A stretch of DNA of 64,000 nt, from the NCBI RefSeq assembly GCF_964355755.1, contig NC_092679.1, positions 24,783,432-24,847,431 of the forward strand, given 5' to 3'. A program made the position numbers and the translations under genes. Below are positions 13,401 to 35,575 of this stretch, in pieces. A model generated the notes under the pieces. The model saw only the letters and a program-made list of their open reading frames with translations. It ran no database searches and was not told the origin of the DNA. Every line of letters starts with the position of its first letter. Position 1 is the first letter of the stretch. The stretch comes from Antedon mediterranea (taxonomy: Eukaryota > Animalia > Echinodermata).

Positions 13401-14273
13401 ATCAAAGATAGGGGAATGTATTACGATACACTATTATTATTATTATTACACAAGGGCCATACAAGACTATAATAAAAGATATCAAAGATAGGGGAATGTA
13501 TTACGATACAGTATTATTATTATCACACAAGGGCCATACAAGACTATAATAAAAGATATTAAAGATAGGAGAATGTATTACGATACACTATTATTGTTAT
13601 TATCACACAAGGGCCATACGAGACTATAATAGGGGAATGTATTACGATACACTATTATTATTATTATTATCACACAAGGGCCATACAAGACTATAATAAA
13701 AGATATCAAAGATAGGGGAATGTATTACGATACACTATTATTATTATTATTATTATCACACAAGGGCCATACAAGACTATAATAAAAGATATCAAATATA
13801 GGGGAATGTATTACGATACACTATTATTATTATTATTATTACACAAGGGCCATACAAGACTATAATAAAAGATATCAAAGATAGGGGAATTTATTACGAT
13901 ACACTATTATTGTTATTATCACACAAGGGCCATACGAGACTATAATAAAAGATATCAAAGATAGGGGAATTTATTACGATACACTATTATTATTATTATT
14001 ATTATTATCACACAAGGGCCATACGAGACTATAATAAAAGATATCAAAGATAGGGGAATTTATTACGATACACTATTATTATTATTATTACACAAGGGCC
14101 ATACAAGACTATAATAAAAGATATCAAAGATAGGGGAATGTATTACGATACACTATTATTGTTATTATTACACAAGGGCCATACGAGACTATAATAAAAG
14201 ATATCAAAGATAGCTGGGGAATTTATTACGATACACTATTATTATTATTATTACACAAGGGCCATACAAGACT
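10465..14273. repeat. ~80-bp satellite (~47 copies) with an internal variable (ATT)n tract
   Basis: Unit acRagactataataaaagatatcaaagataggRgaatKtattacgatacact(att)n-atcacacaagggccat. Confidence 0.97.
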
Positions 14274-15333
14274 AATACTACCGCTGGAATTGGAGATAAA
14301 GGTGAACAAATATTATGCAAATTAAGTAAGCTGGACAACATATAAGAACTTTTACAAGGTATTGCAACCAGGTTGTCTACTATAGAAGAAAAACAAAAGC
14401 AATTGGAAAAGGATCAGAATGAAATCAAGGATATTACTAACCAACTCGAGGTAAGAGTTAACACTAAGCGATCTAGATGAAACTAAGAGCAAAGTTGAAA
14501 ATTGTGTCAACAAGGATACACTGAAGCTAGAAAAAAGGTTTGATGATTTGGAAAACAGATCTAGGCGAAATGATATTGTTCTATGGGGTGTGTGTGAAGG
14601 CTTGGAAAACTCTTTGGACTGTACTGAAGTATTTTTAGATATAGTTAAATCGCTTTTAAAAATTGAAATTAAGAATATTAAGAAATAGAAGTTGAACGAG
14701 CGCATCGCAGCCCCATGGGAAAATTAGCCTCTGCTGCAGCCGCTACCAGATCATCGCCACGCCCTATACATGTAAAAGTCCTTCGGTACACGGACAGGGA
14801 ACTAGTTCTTCGCTCAGCGCCGAAAGCATTGAAAGATAAATATTACCATGAAAACACGTTGTTTATTACCGACGATGTATCCGCTTCAGTTAGAGCGGAT
14901 AGGGCAAAACTAAGAGCTAATTTAATTAAAATACGAAAAGAGGACAGTTTGCTATAATCCCATTTACTGTTCCAGCATATAATGCTAATAAAGGGTTACC
15001 GATGGTAAACTAAAGAGAGTGTACCCTAATGAAGTAAGTGAGACCAAGAAGTAAACTTAACATAATATAGGCCTACTGTACTGAGATTAATTTTTGTTGG
15101 CGTTGAGAGGACTACCGTGTTTCCACTCTTTGTATAGAAGAAATAAACTATTTTTTTCTTTTAATGACGTTTTTGAAAAAAAATGTTTGTATTTATTTTA
15201 GTCTTTGTTTCAGTTGGGCTTACGTTACTTTAGTTAGATATGCCAGTAACCTGGTGGTATGCAGGATTTTATAGATTCCTATCTTGAGGAGGACCTACAT
15301 GAATTTAAATAACAAAATTATTATTATTATTAT
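14274..15333 (+). mobile_element. Degenerate ORF1-only non-LTR retroelement (L1-type/Transposase_22-like ORF1) with an (ATT)n tail
   Basis: Frameshifted coiled-coil plus RRM motifs: DDLENRSRRNDIVLWGVCE, EIEVERAHRS, PRPIHVKVLRYTDRELVL, LFITDDVS. No RT sequence follows; a short 3' UTR ends in (att)n at 15317-15333. Confidence 0.75.
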
Positions 15334-15874
15334 CACACAACTGGGGCCATACGAGACTTACACTTATGTATTAGGCCTATCATTTCTCTTTTCTTTACGG
15401 CATTGTTATAAGACAGAAACATAATTTCCCAAGGTTTCCTTGTAGTCAAAGGGAAATATTCCAAAAATGACCAAATTTTAACCCTTTTATTTTTTTACAT
15501 AACTGGTTACTATGACTCTATAAGATGATGATAACGCAATATATGCGTATATATGGCAATGTCATTATCAGTAGCAAACAATATTGAAATGAAGAATGGT
15601 ATGTATAGTAAACAAAAATGGCAAAATATCATATTTAATAACCAGTTTTATTCAAACACCAAAATATCATATTTAATAACCAGTTTTATTCAAACAACAA
15701 AATAATTGTATTACATATATATTTACATTCCAAATTTTATAAGTAGATCAATCAATTATCTCTCTTTGCTAAAAGTTTATATTGTGTCCACCACTTGTGC
15801 ATTCTGAAGTTTTTTGTTTATGTATCTCTTTCGATCTGAACACTTTGATATTGCATAGTGTTTTGACAAATACT

Positions 15875-24298
<8,424 letters not shown>

Positions 24299-24343
24299 TT
24301 TTGTTTTGAGAAATAGCGCCCTCGATTATAGGTTAATATTGTT

Positions 24344-24358
24344 GTTGTCATTAGCAAC
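24344..24358. promoter_or_regulatory. RFX X-box ~46 bp upstream of the RSPH10B start codon
   Basis: GTTGTCATTAGCAAC fits the palindromic X-box pattern typical of ciliary gene promoters; a CCAAT box (gattgg) lies at ~24373. Confidence 0.7.
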
Positions 24359-24392
24359 AACTTAACAACGGTGATTGGTTGGTAGGTCTCTC

Positions 24393-24419
24393 CAGGGAAG
24401 AGTTAAATACTCTTCCCTG
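24393..24419. mobile_element. 27-bp CA..TG palindrome with 7-bp TSD (putative P-superfamily footprint) in the RSPH10B promoter
   Basis: gtctctc|cagggaagagt-taaat-actcttccctg|gtctctc. Confidence 0.7.
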
Positions 24420-25245
24420 GTCTCTCTTAATCATCGATACTCGGTTGTATTTGCCTCATTTGCATACACTGTCACGCTAGGCTGAACAACACTCGTCGTG
24501 TAGTCAATTTCTATTGACTATATGTGTAAATGAATAATAAACAGTTCATTACGTCACCACTGTATCATACGAAATCCTGCCACATGTAGCTATGTACTGT
24601 GTATAGCAAAAAATAAATAAAAAAATAATATATGTCAACATTTAGACATACGTATGTCGAAATTTCAACATTCAACATTGCAACAAACAAAACATTTTTA
24701 AAAACAATTTTTTTTATGTCGACAGCGAACAATATTTAAATCAATTTTTGTTTTTACATATGTCGAAATTTCGACAAAGCAAAATAATATTTAAAAAAAC
24801 AAAAATACAGTGCACATTGGTCACCAGCATTATTTTTTCCGTCATACTTGCAAAACACACTGTCTGATTATTTTATACCTCCATGCACGTTTGCAGTGCA
24901 GATCGGAGTTACTCTTTTTTGTTCTCGATGATGTTGAAAATACTAGACCTGCAATTGTTGACGTTTTGTACAAAATAATGCATATATATAACTTTAAAAA
25001 CATTTTTGTCTTAAATGTGCGTTATAATAAAAGGCCAGGCCAGCTTCTAGTTGGGCTTAGTAGACATGATGAGGGTCTATAGGAAAATCTGGGGGTTAAT
25101 TCTAATCCATTGATGTGTTAATTCGGTTGATAAAGTAAAAGTATATACGTATTCAATTCAAAAGAAATGTATTCTTATACATCCTGTATAGAAAATATTC
25201 AGGATACTTTACCTTTGTTAGTTCATGGAATAGTCTGGTTAAACG

Positions 25246-26727
25246 GGGTGTTTCGAAACTAGAGACCCGAGACCAGAGACCAGAGACCAGAGACCCGAGA
25301 CCCTATACGAAAAGGGAGACCCCACTATACGAAAATGGAGACCCCACTATACGAAAATGGAGACCCCACTATACGAAAATGGAGACCCCACTATACGAAA
25401 AGGGAGACCCAAATGTTCGATAACTTAAATACGTCGATTTACTGTTTTTTTTTTTTACTTTCTGGTTATCTGCTCGCGTGGCGTTATTGTTAGAACGGTT
25501 TCTGCCATTTTGGTGTATCGCTTTTCACAAAAACTTACGAATTTTGCGTATTTTATCAGAATGAGAATTTTGAATTTATGAGAATAGGTTGTAGTTTGTT
25601 ATAGTTTGAGCATATGAGGTTTTTTTATGTATTGAATATCGTTTTTTAATATATTCAGTTCTTTTGTTAGAGCGCAATCAAGTTTAAACTATGTTATGTC
25701 CGACAGCCAATTCAGGCCCGTAGCCAGGGTGGATTTTTTATGGTTCGGGTGAAAGTATTTATTCTCTCGTTACTATCATCATTATATCATTACCATTAAA
25801 ATTATAATTTTAAATTGTTTCATTATCCACATAAGTGTACATTGATTCATTGTATTGATTGAAAACATATTTTCACAAATCATATTAAAGAAGAAACTTG
25901 ATGTAAAAAAATATTGAGTAATACAGTAGCCTGGATTTATTTATATATGTTGTGAAGCTTTTAACGCTGTGTAGGCTACATAAGCCTGCAAACTCTCCTC
26001 CTACCCATCCTAGTAAAAAAAAAATCACTCGTGCCGCTTCCTTATATAGTAAGGGCAACAAGGGCCTTGTATATAATTACTAGCCCAGATACTAGCCAGG
26101 GCGGGAGTACGTTGTTGCATTGATAAAAGTTTAGAGAATCGACTGTCAATAGAAATAATGATATATATTTCAATCTTTTGTGGTGGTTTCCCATCTATTT
26201 TTATAAAATGTAAATATTAATTAATGCAGAAAGAAGTAAAAATAGAATGTAACATTCTCGGCTGTATATTAAATAATCCAGATGTTTATAACATCTGCTT
26301 TAACTGTGTAATGTGTCATATTGGATAATGATTGAAATTGTTTGGCTCGCCTTTATAGGGTCAACTATATTGTGTTTTGAGAATATACCCTTCCCAGCAT
26401 GTCAAGCGAGCTGCCTGAATCTTCTTTAGGTTTCTATTTTCGTATATTTGAGTCTCCCTTTTCCTATATTTTTGGTTCTCCCCCTTTTCGTATATTTGGG
26501 TCTCCCCCTTTTTGTATATTTGGGTCTCCCTTTTCGTATATTTGGGTCTCCTTTTTCGTATATTTGGGTCTCCTTTTTCGTATATTTGGGGTCTCCCTTT
26601 TCGTATATTTGGGGTCTCCCTTTTCGTATATTTGGGGTCTCCCTTTTCGTATAGTGGGGTCTCCCTTTTCGTATAGCGGGGTCTCCCTTTTCGTATTGGG
26701 TCTCTGGTCTCTGGTTTCGAAACACCC
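25246..26727. mobile_element. Non-autonomous foldback/MULE-like DNA transposon A
   Basis: TIR gggtgtttcgaaac..gtttcgaaacaccc; tandem subterminal repeats (gagacca; tatacgaaaagggagacccc); TSD ggttaaacg / ggttaaaacg (10 bp with a 1-nt indel). Confidence 0.85.
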
Positions 26728-27274
26728 GGTTAAAACGTACGTTCAAAGGTTTTCTGACATAGGTCCGAAGACCAAAATGTGTTTTAAAGCTACATTGTGT
26801 ACGCATGATGTTCAAAACCGTGTTCGTTTTCTTTTCTAACGTCGTTATTGACCTCTCGTGGAGGTTTCGACATAATAATTAATCGATCAATACATTGAAG
26901 TTAAAGAGAGTATCTTTATATAGACATCTTACACGTAATATATCACATGCATAAGTGTAAGATGATTATGCATAGATTCCCTTCAACTCCCTGGTAATTG
27001 TTTCATTAGGCCTATTATTTTATAACATGTACTAGTATGCATATATTTGACTATTTTTATTTATAATACAGACCAAGGATATTCTATTGAAAGCAAACAA
27101 TTAGAAGCATGCAGTAGTACGATTTGTATCTATAAGAAACAATGGTTGTTATTCATCAGAAGTTCAAAGTTCACGATGGCCAACTATTTTGTCAAGATAC
27201 AAAATATAGTAATCAGATCAAAGACTTAGTTCATAGTGGTGTCAGCAGTCATCTTAATGTGGTTTAAGCCGATA

Positions 27275-30200
27275 CTATACATGTTTATAACGTCCAGTTC
27301 GACTACGTTCCTTGGCGGCTGCCTTTCTCTCTTGCTGTTTTTGCTGGATAAGAAAGAGACAAATAAAGCTGAGAATTATACAAAGCTACAGTAGTGTTCA
27401 TTTAAGCAAATGCGTACGAAAAGCAGCTTTAAAACAGTAGGAAAATAAACAAAAATAACTTTAGTTTAGATAAACCCCGTATCTCCATTTACCCCTAAAA
27501 TGTAGCCATTGTGTCCAATATATGTTGCCGGGTGTATCGTTTTGTGGAGATATGATATGAGGTTTTGAAAGAATAGTGAAGTTTATTTTGTCGAAAGCAG
27601 CTAGTGTCTGAATTAAATACATATTGTTATAAAATACAAATGTAAAATAATAAAGCAACATGCGCAAAATAACAAAACACAAAATGCACCATATCTTTCA
27701 ATATTAACTTATGTTTTGTTGAATGTGTTTTGATAATGAATAATTTAAAGAATGATTAAGAAACTCATGAGGTACGACATTTATTATATAAAAAAATGAA
27801 ACAAAAAAACAAAACTAAGAAATTAAAAGTAAACTCACGCAAAGAGACATATTTGAAAGAAGTTAAAGTTGTAAAGACAATTGGAAATAAAGTATAAAAT
27901 AAATGTATAAAAGAATAGTAGATAAAATCAGTGAAGTGAGAAATTCCTTGTAATTGTAATTTCACTCTTCGCTGATGAAACTTAAAAACAGAAAAATATA
28001 AAAAAATTGATATTGTAAAATAAATAATACGGTACTACAACAAACGTTCAATCAAAATCACATGATTATGACGTTGTAATCACATGGTATTATCATTATT
28101 TGAAAAATCATAATGGTAATCATGGAGCAAATTAGGTTATCTCCGTTGAACAATTTAAATTTAATTGCATAGATATAATATTCAGTAAATTCAACGATAT
28201 TTAAATTCCATTATCGCTAGAAAAAAATTACCTTATCTACATTACCTTTTTTATACATAACGTAACTAAATTTACTATTATATTGGCCAATTTATTTATT
28301 TATAACGTAACTAAATTTACTATTATATTGGCCAATTTATTTATTTATAACGTAACTAATGTTACTATTATATTGGCCAATTTATTTATTTATAACGTAA
28401 CTAAAGTTACTATTATATTGGCCAATTTATTTATTTATAACGTAACTAAAGTTACTATTATATTGGCCAATTTATTTATTTATAACGTAACTAAATTTAC
28501 TATTATATTGGCCAATTTATTTATTTATAACGTAACTAAAGTTACTATTATATTGGCCAATTTATATATTTTTTATGATAAAGTATATACTGTGATTGCT
28601 CCAATTTTCAAGTAAAATTAATATCTTTAGAAAAGTGCTTATGTTTGAAAAATTATTAAAATTATGCAGCATTCTTTATTGATGCCTACTTCTAGCAAAC
28701 TATACAATTTACATAAATATATTTATATAATTTGCTAATTTTATGTAAACTTTATGCAATTAGAGTAACGCGATTTGAAATGTTTGTTGAAATTTAAAAA
28801 AGATTAACTTGTGGCTGGATCAGACGATACCGGAACGAGTATTAACAAAATCAAAGAAATTAGTGGACTAATAATATAATCATGTAAGGAGTTAATTAGG
28901 TGGTCAATGCTTAAAGTAAATATTCCTTATTTTGATCTCTTTTCACACATTGTCCTCTTTTTTTTTCATAAATATAAACATCTGTAATATTTTGTTCAAT
29001 GTATGGAAAATAAATGAAATGAAAATAATCTTTTTAAAAAAAAATCAAATACTTGTAATGTATATGTAGGAATCTTTTCGTGAACCCATGTCGTTTTCAT
29101 TTGATGTTACGTAAAGTGAGCTGTATTTTATGAGAGGCAAAGCTCTCTTAATTACCTTTCGAATTTGTTCTTGACGCTCAGCAACTCTTTCTTCTTTCGA
29201 CAAAATATTAGCATTTTTCCCCAGTGTCAGTTTCTTAATGTGTTTAGCAATCCCGCAGCTGACAAGTGCTGTAATTAAGCTAATCCCGCATTCTGTACAC
29301 GCGGTAATCAGTGCAATAACTACTAAAATATCCTTATCTTTCTTCATAAACGTCTCTCCATCAGTTGTATGATCAACAAGGCCAAGTCGTAGCAGTTGAA
29401 TATTAATTATACCAATGATAATGCTTACTACGGAAAAGGCCGTAAAACATAAAACCTAGAATACAAAACATATATTTTAATGCATTGTTTAAAATCATGA
29501 GTAGGCCTATATGTGTGTTTGTGAGCTACAAATTTCAGTAATTAGAGTATAAGTTCTATAAATTAAGTATTAGACCTTTTACCATTTTAACACATTATTC
29601 ATTCTTATTATAATGGTGTCAACTTATTCGTAAGAAGTAGGCCTAATGAAGAAAAGAGAGCAAATAATAAAGGTGGGTTCCCACAAAATACAAAACAAAA
29701 ACCCAATACTATAATTTATTTTGTGATCCATTGCGTCGTATCACAAATACAGTGTAAAGGAACATGTAGCCTACTTCAGACTTTGTTCAGCAACCTCTTC
29801 CCACGGTAACACTCAATGCATACTTACCGTGTATGGTGTCTGTTTCCGAGCACTAATAAAACCCAGCACACCACAAACAATAAACTGAAACAAATAAAAT
29901 GTCGACAAAATAAAGCTATGATTAAAAACAGGGAAATCTGGAAATTATTTGCGTTTTTTGATTTGTAAATTTTATATTTTAAACGCTTTTTTGCCTTGTA
30001 AGTTGTATGTTGTTTTGTTCGATCAATCAATAAGCACATTAGTTTAATAAAGAAGATAATCTATAATACTGTATATATATAATAGCTATATGTTGTCTCA
30101 TGTTTATAAGTTGGCAAAAAATAGCTTTTGTTAAAATTGTGCAATTATATCAGAGAATATTGGTGCCCTTCGAATAGGAAAATCATACTACTATTCTACA

Positions 30201-30379
30201 TCCAATGCACTGTGTTTAAAAAAAATGAGACTTACACAAACTCCACTCCATATTGGTGACACTGTGTGTGCCAACCACACCATAGCTTGACTGGACGAAA
30301 TACATCCAACAGTGAAACTTACTAAACCCAACGTAAGATGGAAGAATGCGAAGATACCCAAAATAGCTGATAAACACAT
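27275..30379 (-). CDS. TMEM196-like / CD20(MS4A)-type four-transmembrane protein; exons 30379-30236, 29884-29828, 29455-29156, 27343-27275
   Basis: MCLSAILG..SPIWSGVC|FIVCGVLGFISARKQTPYT|VLCFTAFSVVS..IQLLRLGLVDHTTDG.. gives four hydrophobic segments. The SPxWSGVC-F..CG motif matches TMEM196. Introns are phase-0 GT-AG. Confidence 0.8.
28257..28565. repeat. 45-bp AT-rich minisatellite, ~7 copies
   Basis: Unit tataacgtaactaaaKttactattatattggccaatttatttatt. Confidence 0.95.
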
Positions 30380-33300
30380 TTTAGTTTAGTTCAAAATACT
30401 ATCAGCATAATCGGCTACGATGACCTATGGGTCAGTAAATGTGAGAGTTATACTGTATATTTGCCTCAGGTTAAATTATTTCAGCAGCCCACATTCCATC
30501 AGCACAGTGTTGAGATGGCAACGTCATCACCGTGCTAAATGTTTGTCGATTCCATAAATGAGGCGGAACTGCATACTATATTAACCATGACTTCTCATTC
30601 CAACATTATTTTTGATTTGTTCTGTGTAAAAAAAGAGAAAATACGATATAAGCTTTCTTGAGAACAAATAATAACATTATTAATGTAAATCCTAAGTTAG
30701 GATTTAGGATATAATAGTAATTAATCACATAAACAAGGAAGATGACCATTCGAATGTTATTCTACAGTTAAGTGTTGGTGCCGCATTGGCCATTTCTTTT
30801 CGTTTTGCTCCGCGCGCTCGTTCCGTTTTGTTCATTTTATTTTACATAATTTTCATCATCTTATCGCAACATCCAAAAAAATGTATGAATAAATAAGTAA
30901 TCCTCTGCTTTTTCATGTTGTCATCAACTCTTTCTTATTTTACTTTGATTTTACTGACTTTTACACAGATCGTAATGAATATTACAATTTAAAATGTCGA
31001 GCGATGTTAATGGCCAGTTTTTCCATTTAGAAAAGCAAGAAGAGTTCAAACGCCTCTCTGCATTTGAGCAATAAGCCTAGTCCGGCGATAATATTCACAA
31101 TATTATTATTATATTTACTTTGATTATGAAATATTTTAATAATATCGTATGCCTAGTACACAGATGATTTAGTACCATGATGTCTCCTTCAATAGTGCAG
31201 CTGTAATTATTGCTAATTCTATTATTAGGAAGTTCAGTTAACGGGACCAATTTACCTATATCTTGAGGATAGCCTAGATTAATATTCGGTAGACTACTAT
31301 CGTACAATGAAATTGCAAACGCAGTCGTTACCCAATCTTGTCAGTTTTCCTAATTTAATTATCTCAATTCCAATGTTATTAATTAGTCATCTTCTCTGTA
31401 TTTCAGATTAATTAATATTTTGTAAAGAGAATTTCACTGTGGCAGAGACACATTGTAAAAACAAGTACACAAGCCCAGTATCCAAGAAGTATAATAGCCA
31501 ACTTACAATTAGCGATGATAGTAATCATTCTAAAATATACAGTAGGCCCTACATAAAACGTATGGTTTACTAAATTATCATAATGAGAGCGTCGTGGTTA
31601 GCGGTATAGCTCTTCCCTGGTAAGCTAAGCAACATCCAGCGCTCGTAATTAATTAGCAATCATTGGAGGTTCTCAGCATATATTTGAACTGCATGTCATT
31701 TGAGAATAAAAATCAATGAATAAAGATCCGGCTAAGATCGGATTTGGGTAAGAAAAGTGAATTCTTGGAGTGACCTATTTAAATTATCAACCATGAAATT
31801 TGTCATTTTAACCTTTTTGTAATTAATAAAGATACAGTAAATGACAACATTATAATAGCTAAGCCTGACAGCCAATGTAAAACCATCTTAGCCCGATCTT
31901 AATCCGATACGGTTCTTTCATATTCAAATTTAATTATTTTTTTTGTCACAGTGCCATTCCTTTCAGTATCTCGCGATGTATGCAAGGATCTCTATTATAA
32001 TTCTAATAAAGTTGTTAGCATGTCAATATATAGGCCTATCCAAATATTATCATATAACCATGTAAAGTATCAAATTGAAGAGGCCTACATTGTGACCGAA
32101 CATTATTTATTCTTGTCTTTAAAATTCTGGATTAGGCCTAAATAATAACCTCCAAGACGGTAACAATGAAAACGTCTATTTATAGAGGCCTAGAATCTTT
32201 AGATCACTATGGTATATAAGAATGAAAACGACATAGAAGGTTTAATACGACTGTAACAATGAAAGCCACTGTTACAACAACATGCTCCTTACGTTTCGCA
32301 TTTACAAAAATAGAATTGATTATTACTGTATATTATTTCATACTGTGTTTTGCTTATGCAAAGTGAAAATGGCTGTAAGCAAAAACAACTTAATAGCTTC
32401 AAGTCAGGATTTTCATCTTTCGATAGAAACGCACTGCCTAACAAATAAACATAATAAATATATGCATCTTACCTCTTGTTGTAGAAACACAGCAGCCGAG
32501 GTGTAAGCAAGTATGGTAAATGGTTACACAGAACAATGAGTATATCGCGATGGCGGTTTACTAAATCTAATATGCGGAGACAGAATAACAGCATTAATCG
32601 TAAAATACTGTAGCTAGCATCCAGGATCGATAATTGATGAAGGATAACTTTATTCACGAGCATATGACGTGTTTTTGTGATGAGACTTATGCTGTCGATC
32701 AATTAAGGTCATTGATTATTACAAACGAGAATATACTAGAGGCTTCTTGCATTTTAAGGAATTTACTATAATATATAAATTCCATTTATAATAGGCTAAT
32801 CGATATAGGTTAGGGAAATGCAAATAAATAAAAGCACAAAATTACCGGTTTAGCTTAACACGACATCAAATGAAGTCGCAAAAACAAGCTTTAAAGATAT
32901 AAAATAAAAATTAATTTCAGTCAATATAGGATTAGTATGCTTGGTTATTTGTGATGAAAACGTCACGTGATGTAATTATAGACCATACGTAAACATCGAC
33001 CGAAGCCTGTCAAATATAAACTAACTTTTATAATGGTATAAGCTTCCGCGTGATACAGTTTCCTAACGCTTTCGTCCTCTTGCATAAAATGATGTAGAAT
33101 AATAATCTTCTAATGTAAAGATTAAACAGAATCGTGTTGAAGTTAAATTTTGATTTTGCTCATCTTTATAAGAAATTCAAACCATGTAAAGATACAATTT
33201 TCGGGCAGGAACCTAGAAGCTCCCCTCTTTTAGTTTGCAAAAGTAATCTTGAAAAGAACCCCATGCGGAAAAGAAGCTTACCCGTTGAAAAGAAGCCCAC

Positions 33301-34139
33301 CGTACCCAAGAGTACTAAAAAATGAGGAACACATGGGCTCTTTTTGGGGTTTTATGGTGTCTATTTAATGGAAAAGTGAATGCCATACAAAAGTTTAAAA
33401 AAACACAATATTCATAAAAAAAATATCCGTCAAGGTTCGAACCCCAGCTGATAGCACTCAAAACTGAGCATTACATAGTTTGTTTCATTCAAATCATGTA
33501 ACGCCATTTTTCGGCCGGGAACCTACTGTATACAGGTCTTTTTTTTTCAAAATTGTCTTTGCTCAGTAGTCCCAAGCATGGTATATTGGTATATGCGTGC
33601 GTTGTTATGCAAATGAGTCTGTGCAGGTGTATTATGGTAAAGATGGTATGTTAGTCATTCCCGGTCTACACGCCACACTGTTAAATTTTGATGCTGTTAA
33701 TTATTTACATTAGAAGATTTTTCAAATCATGTAAATAAAATATTTTCCGGGCGGGAAGCTAGCAGTTCCCCTCGTTTAGTTTGCAAAAGTAATCTCGAAA
33801 AGAACTCCATGTGGAAAAGAAGCTCACCCAATGGATATATAATGCCATGCAACTTTGTTTCTGATTTTAAAAAAGGTCCACTTGACATCATTTACAATCC
33901 TCAAAATATCTCTCTTTCAAAATAAAAGAAAACAATATTCATTATTTTCCATTTTAAAAAAATCCACTGGCACCAAATTGGGTCCACTTGAGCACAGTGT
34001 ATTAACATACGAAAAGATTGAAACTTGAGTGACTTTATTTCTATTTTATATCACTGCTCCCCTGGTACCAAAATGTGTCCACTTGAGCACGGTGTTTTAT
34101 ACGAAAGATATTCAAATTTAGTGACTTCATTTCTATTTT

Positions 34140-35575
34140 ATTTTTTTTATCAAACCTTATTTTGTGAGGGTGACCCTAAACAGCATATGCAGACAGTCCA
34201 AAACATATATGAAAAAACGGATGAACTATGTTTAAAAAATATATAACATATATGTACTTAAATACAAAAATATAGCCTACAATACTATACAAAACGTTGA
34301 GTTTTTTCTTTTGGGATTAAATATTTTTTTAGAGCAGACTTAAAATTATTTATTGTTACCGCATTTCCTAGTTTGGTGGGTAGCAAATTCAGGTATGTTG
34401 ATGCTCTATAGATGAAGCTGTTCTTAAAAGTTTCAGTTTTAGGGAAAGGGACGACAAATTTCCTCTCACTGACACTTCGGGTACATCGATGATTTGGAAT
34501 TCTGGCAAGACGCAGGGCAAGGTATTCCGGAGCGGGTGTCTCGAAAACAGAGACCTCGAAAACAGAGGCCAGAGACCCGAGGTCTCTGTTTTCAAGAAAA
34601 TCTCGAAAACAGAGACCCCCACTCAAACGTCTCAATATTACGTAATATAGGGGGTCTCTGTTTTCGAGTTTTTCTCGAAAACAGAGACCCCCACTAAAAC
34701 GTCTCAATATTACGTTATATAGGGGGTCTCTGTTTTCGAGATTTTCTCGAAAAAAGAGACCCCCTATATAATGAAATATTTAGACGTTTTAGTGGGGGTC
34801 TCTGTTTTCCAGATTTTCTCGAAAACAGAGACCCCCATATAACGTAATATTGACTTAATATTGATACGTTTTAGTGGGGGTCTCTGTTTTCAAGTTTTTC
34901 TCGAAAACAGAGACCCCCTATATAATGTAATATTGAGACGTTGTATTGAGGGTCTCTGTTTTCGAGAAAAACTCGAAAACAGAGACCCCCTATATAATGT
35001 AATATTTAGACGTTTTAGTGGGGGTCTCTGTTTTCGAGAAAATCTCGAAAACAGAGATCCCCTATATAACGTAATATTGAGACGTTTTAGTGGGGGTCTC
35101 TGTTTTTGAGATTTTCTCGAAAACAGAGACCCTGGGTCTCCGGTCTCTGGTCTCTGTTTTCGAGGTCTCTGTTTTAGAGACACCCATTCCGGAGCAGGAC
35201 CATTTGCAGACCTGTAGGCAAGGCAGCCCAGTTGTAGATGCATGCGGTCTTGGACTGTATGAAGATTTAAAGTGTTGTAAATGTTAGTTCATGGTGTGAG
35301 AGGATGAGCTTAGGATAATGCGAAATGCTCTATTTTGAATTGTCTGTATTCGGTCAATATTCAATCTGATTCCCCAAACACTACATCAGTAGTCAAGTGG
35401 GAGGATTATAGTGTTATAGAGGAGTACGGATGTGTGTTTATTAATGAAATGACCGAGCACGCGATAAGATGGTGATGGACAAGCCCAGTTTGGAACGGAG
35501 TTTATTTACATGAAAAGAAAAAGATAAATTTGAATCAATGTGAATGCCAAGATGTTTCTGTTTGTCAGTTTGTGA
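34140..35575 (-). mobile_element. 5'-truncated degenerate LINE (RT C-terminal region), interrupted by element B
   Basis: Minus-strand remnants PLDY..SVWG, IQNRAFRII, and AYRSANGPAPE|YL...TRS..VVPFPKTETFKNSFIYRA..LNLLP..NNFKSALKKYL. Confidence 0.8.
34534..35185. mobile_element. Non-autonomous foldback/MULE-like DNA transposon B
   Basis: Termini gggtgtctc..gagacaccc; exact 10-bp TSD attccggagc (34524-33 and 35186-95); body consists almost entirely of alternating ctcgaaaacagagacc inverted modules. Confidence 0.92.

Noticed and set aside
10465-14273. CRISPR-like appearance (constant repeat with a variable part)
   Set aside because: The variable part is only (ATT)n length; there are no unique spacers or cas genes, and the context is eukaryotic.
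26399-26839. Repetitive ORFs (FRIFGSP / KGDP) and similar ENRDP ORFs at 34285-35287
   Set aside because: Translations of transposon subterminal repeats.
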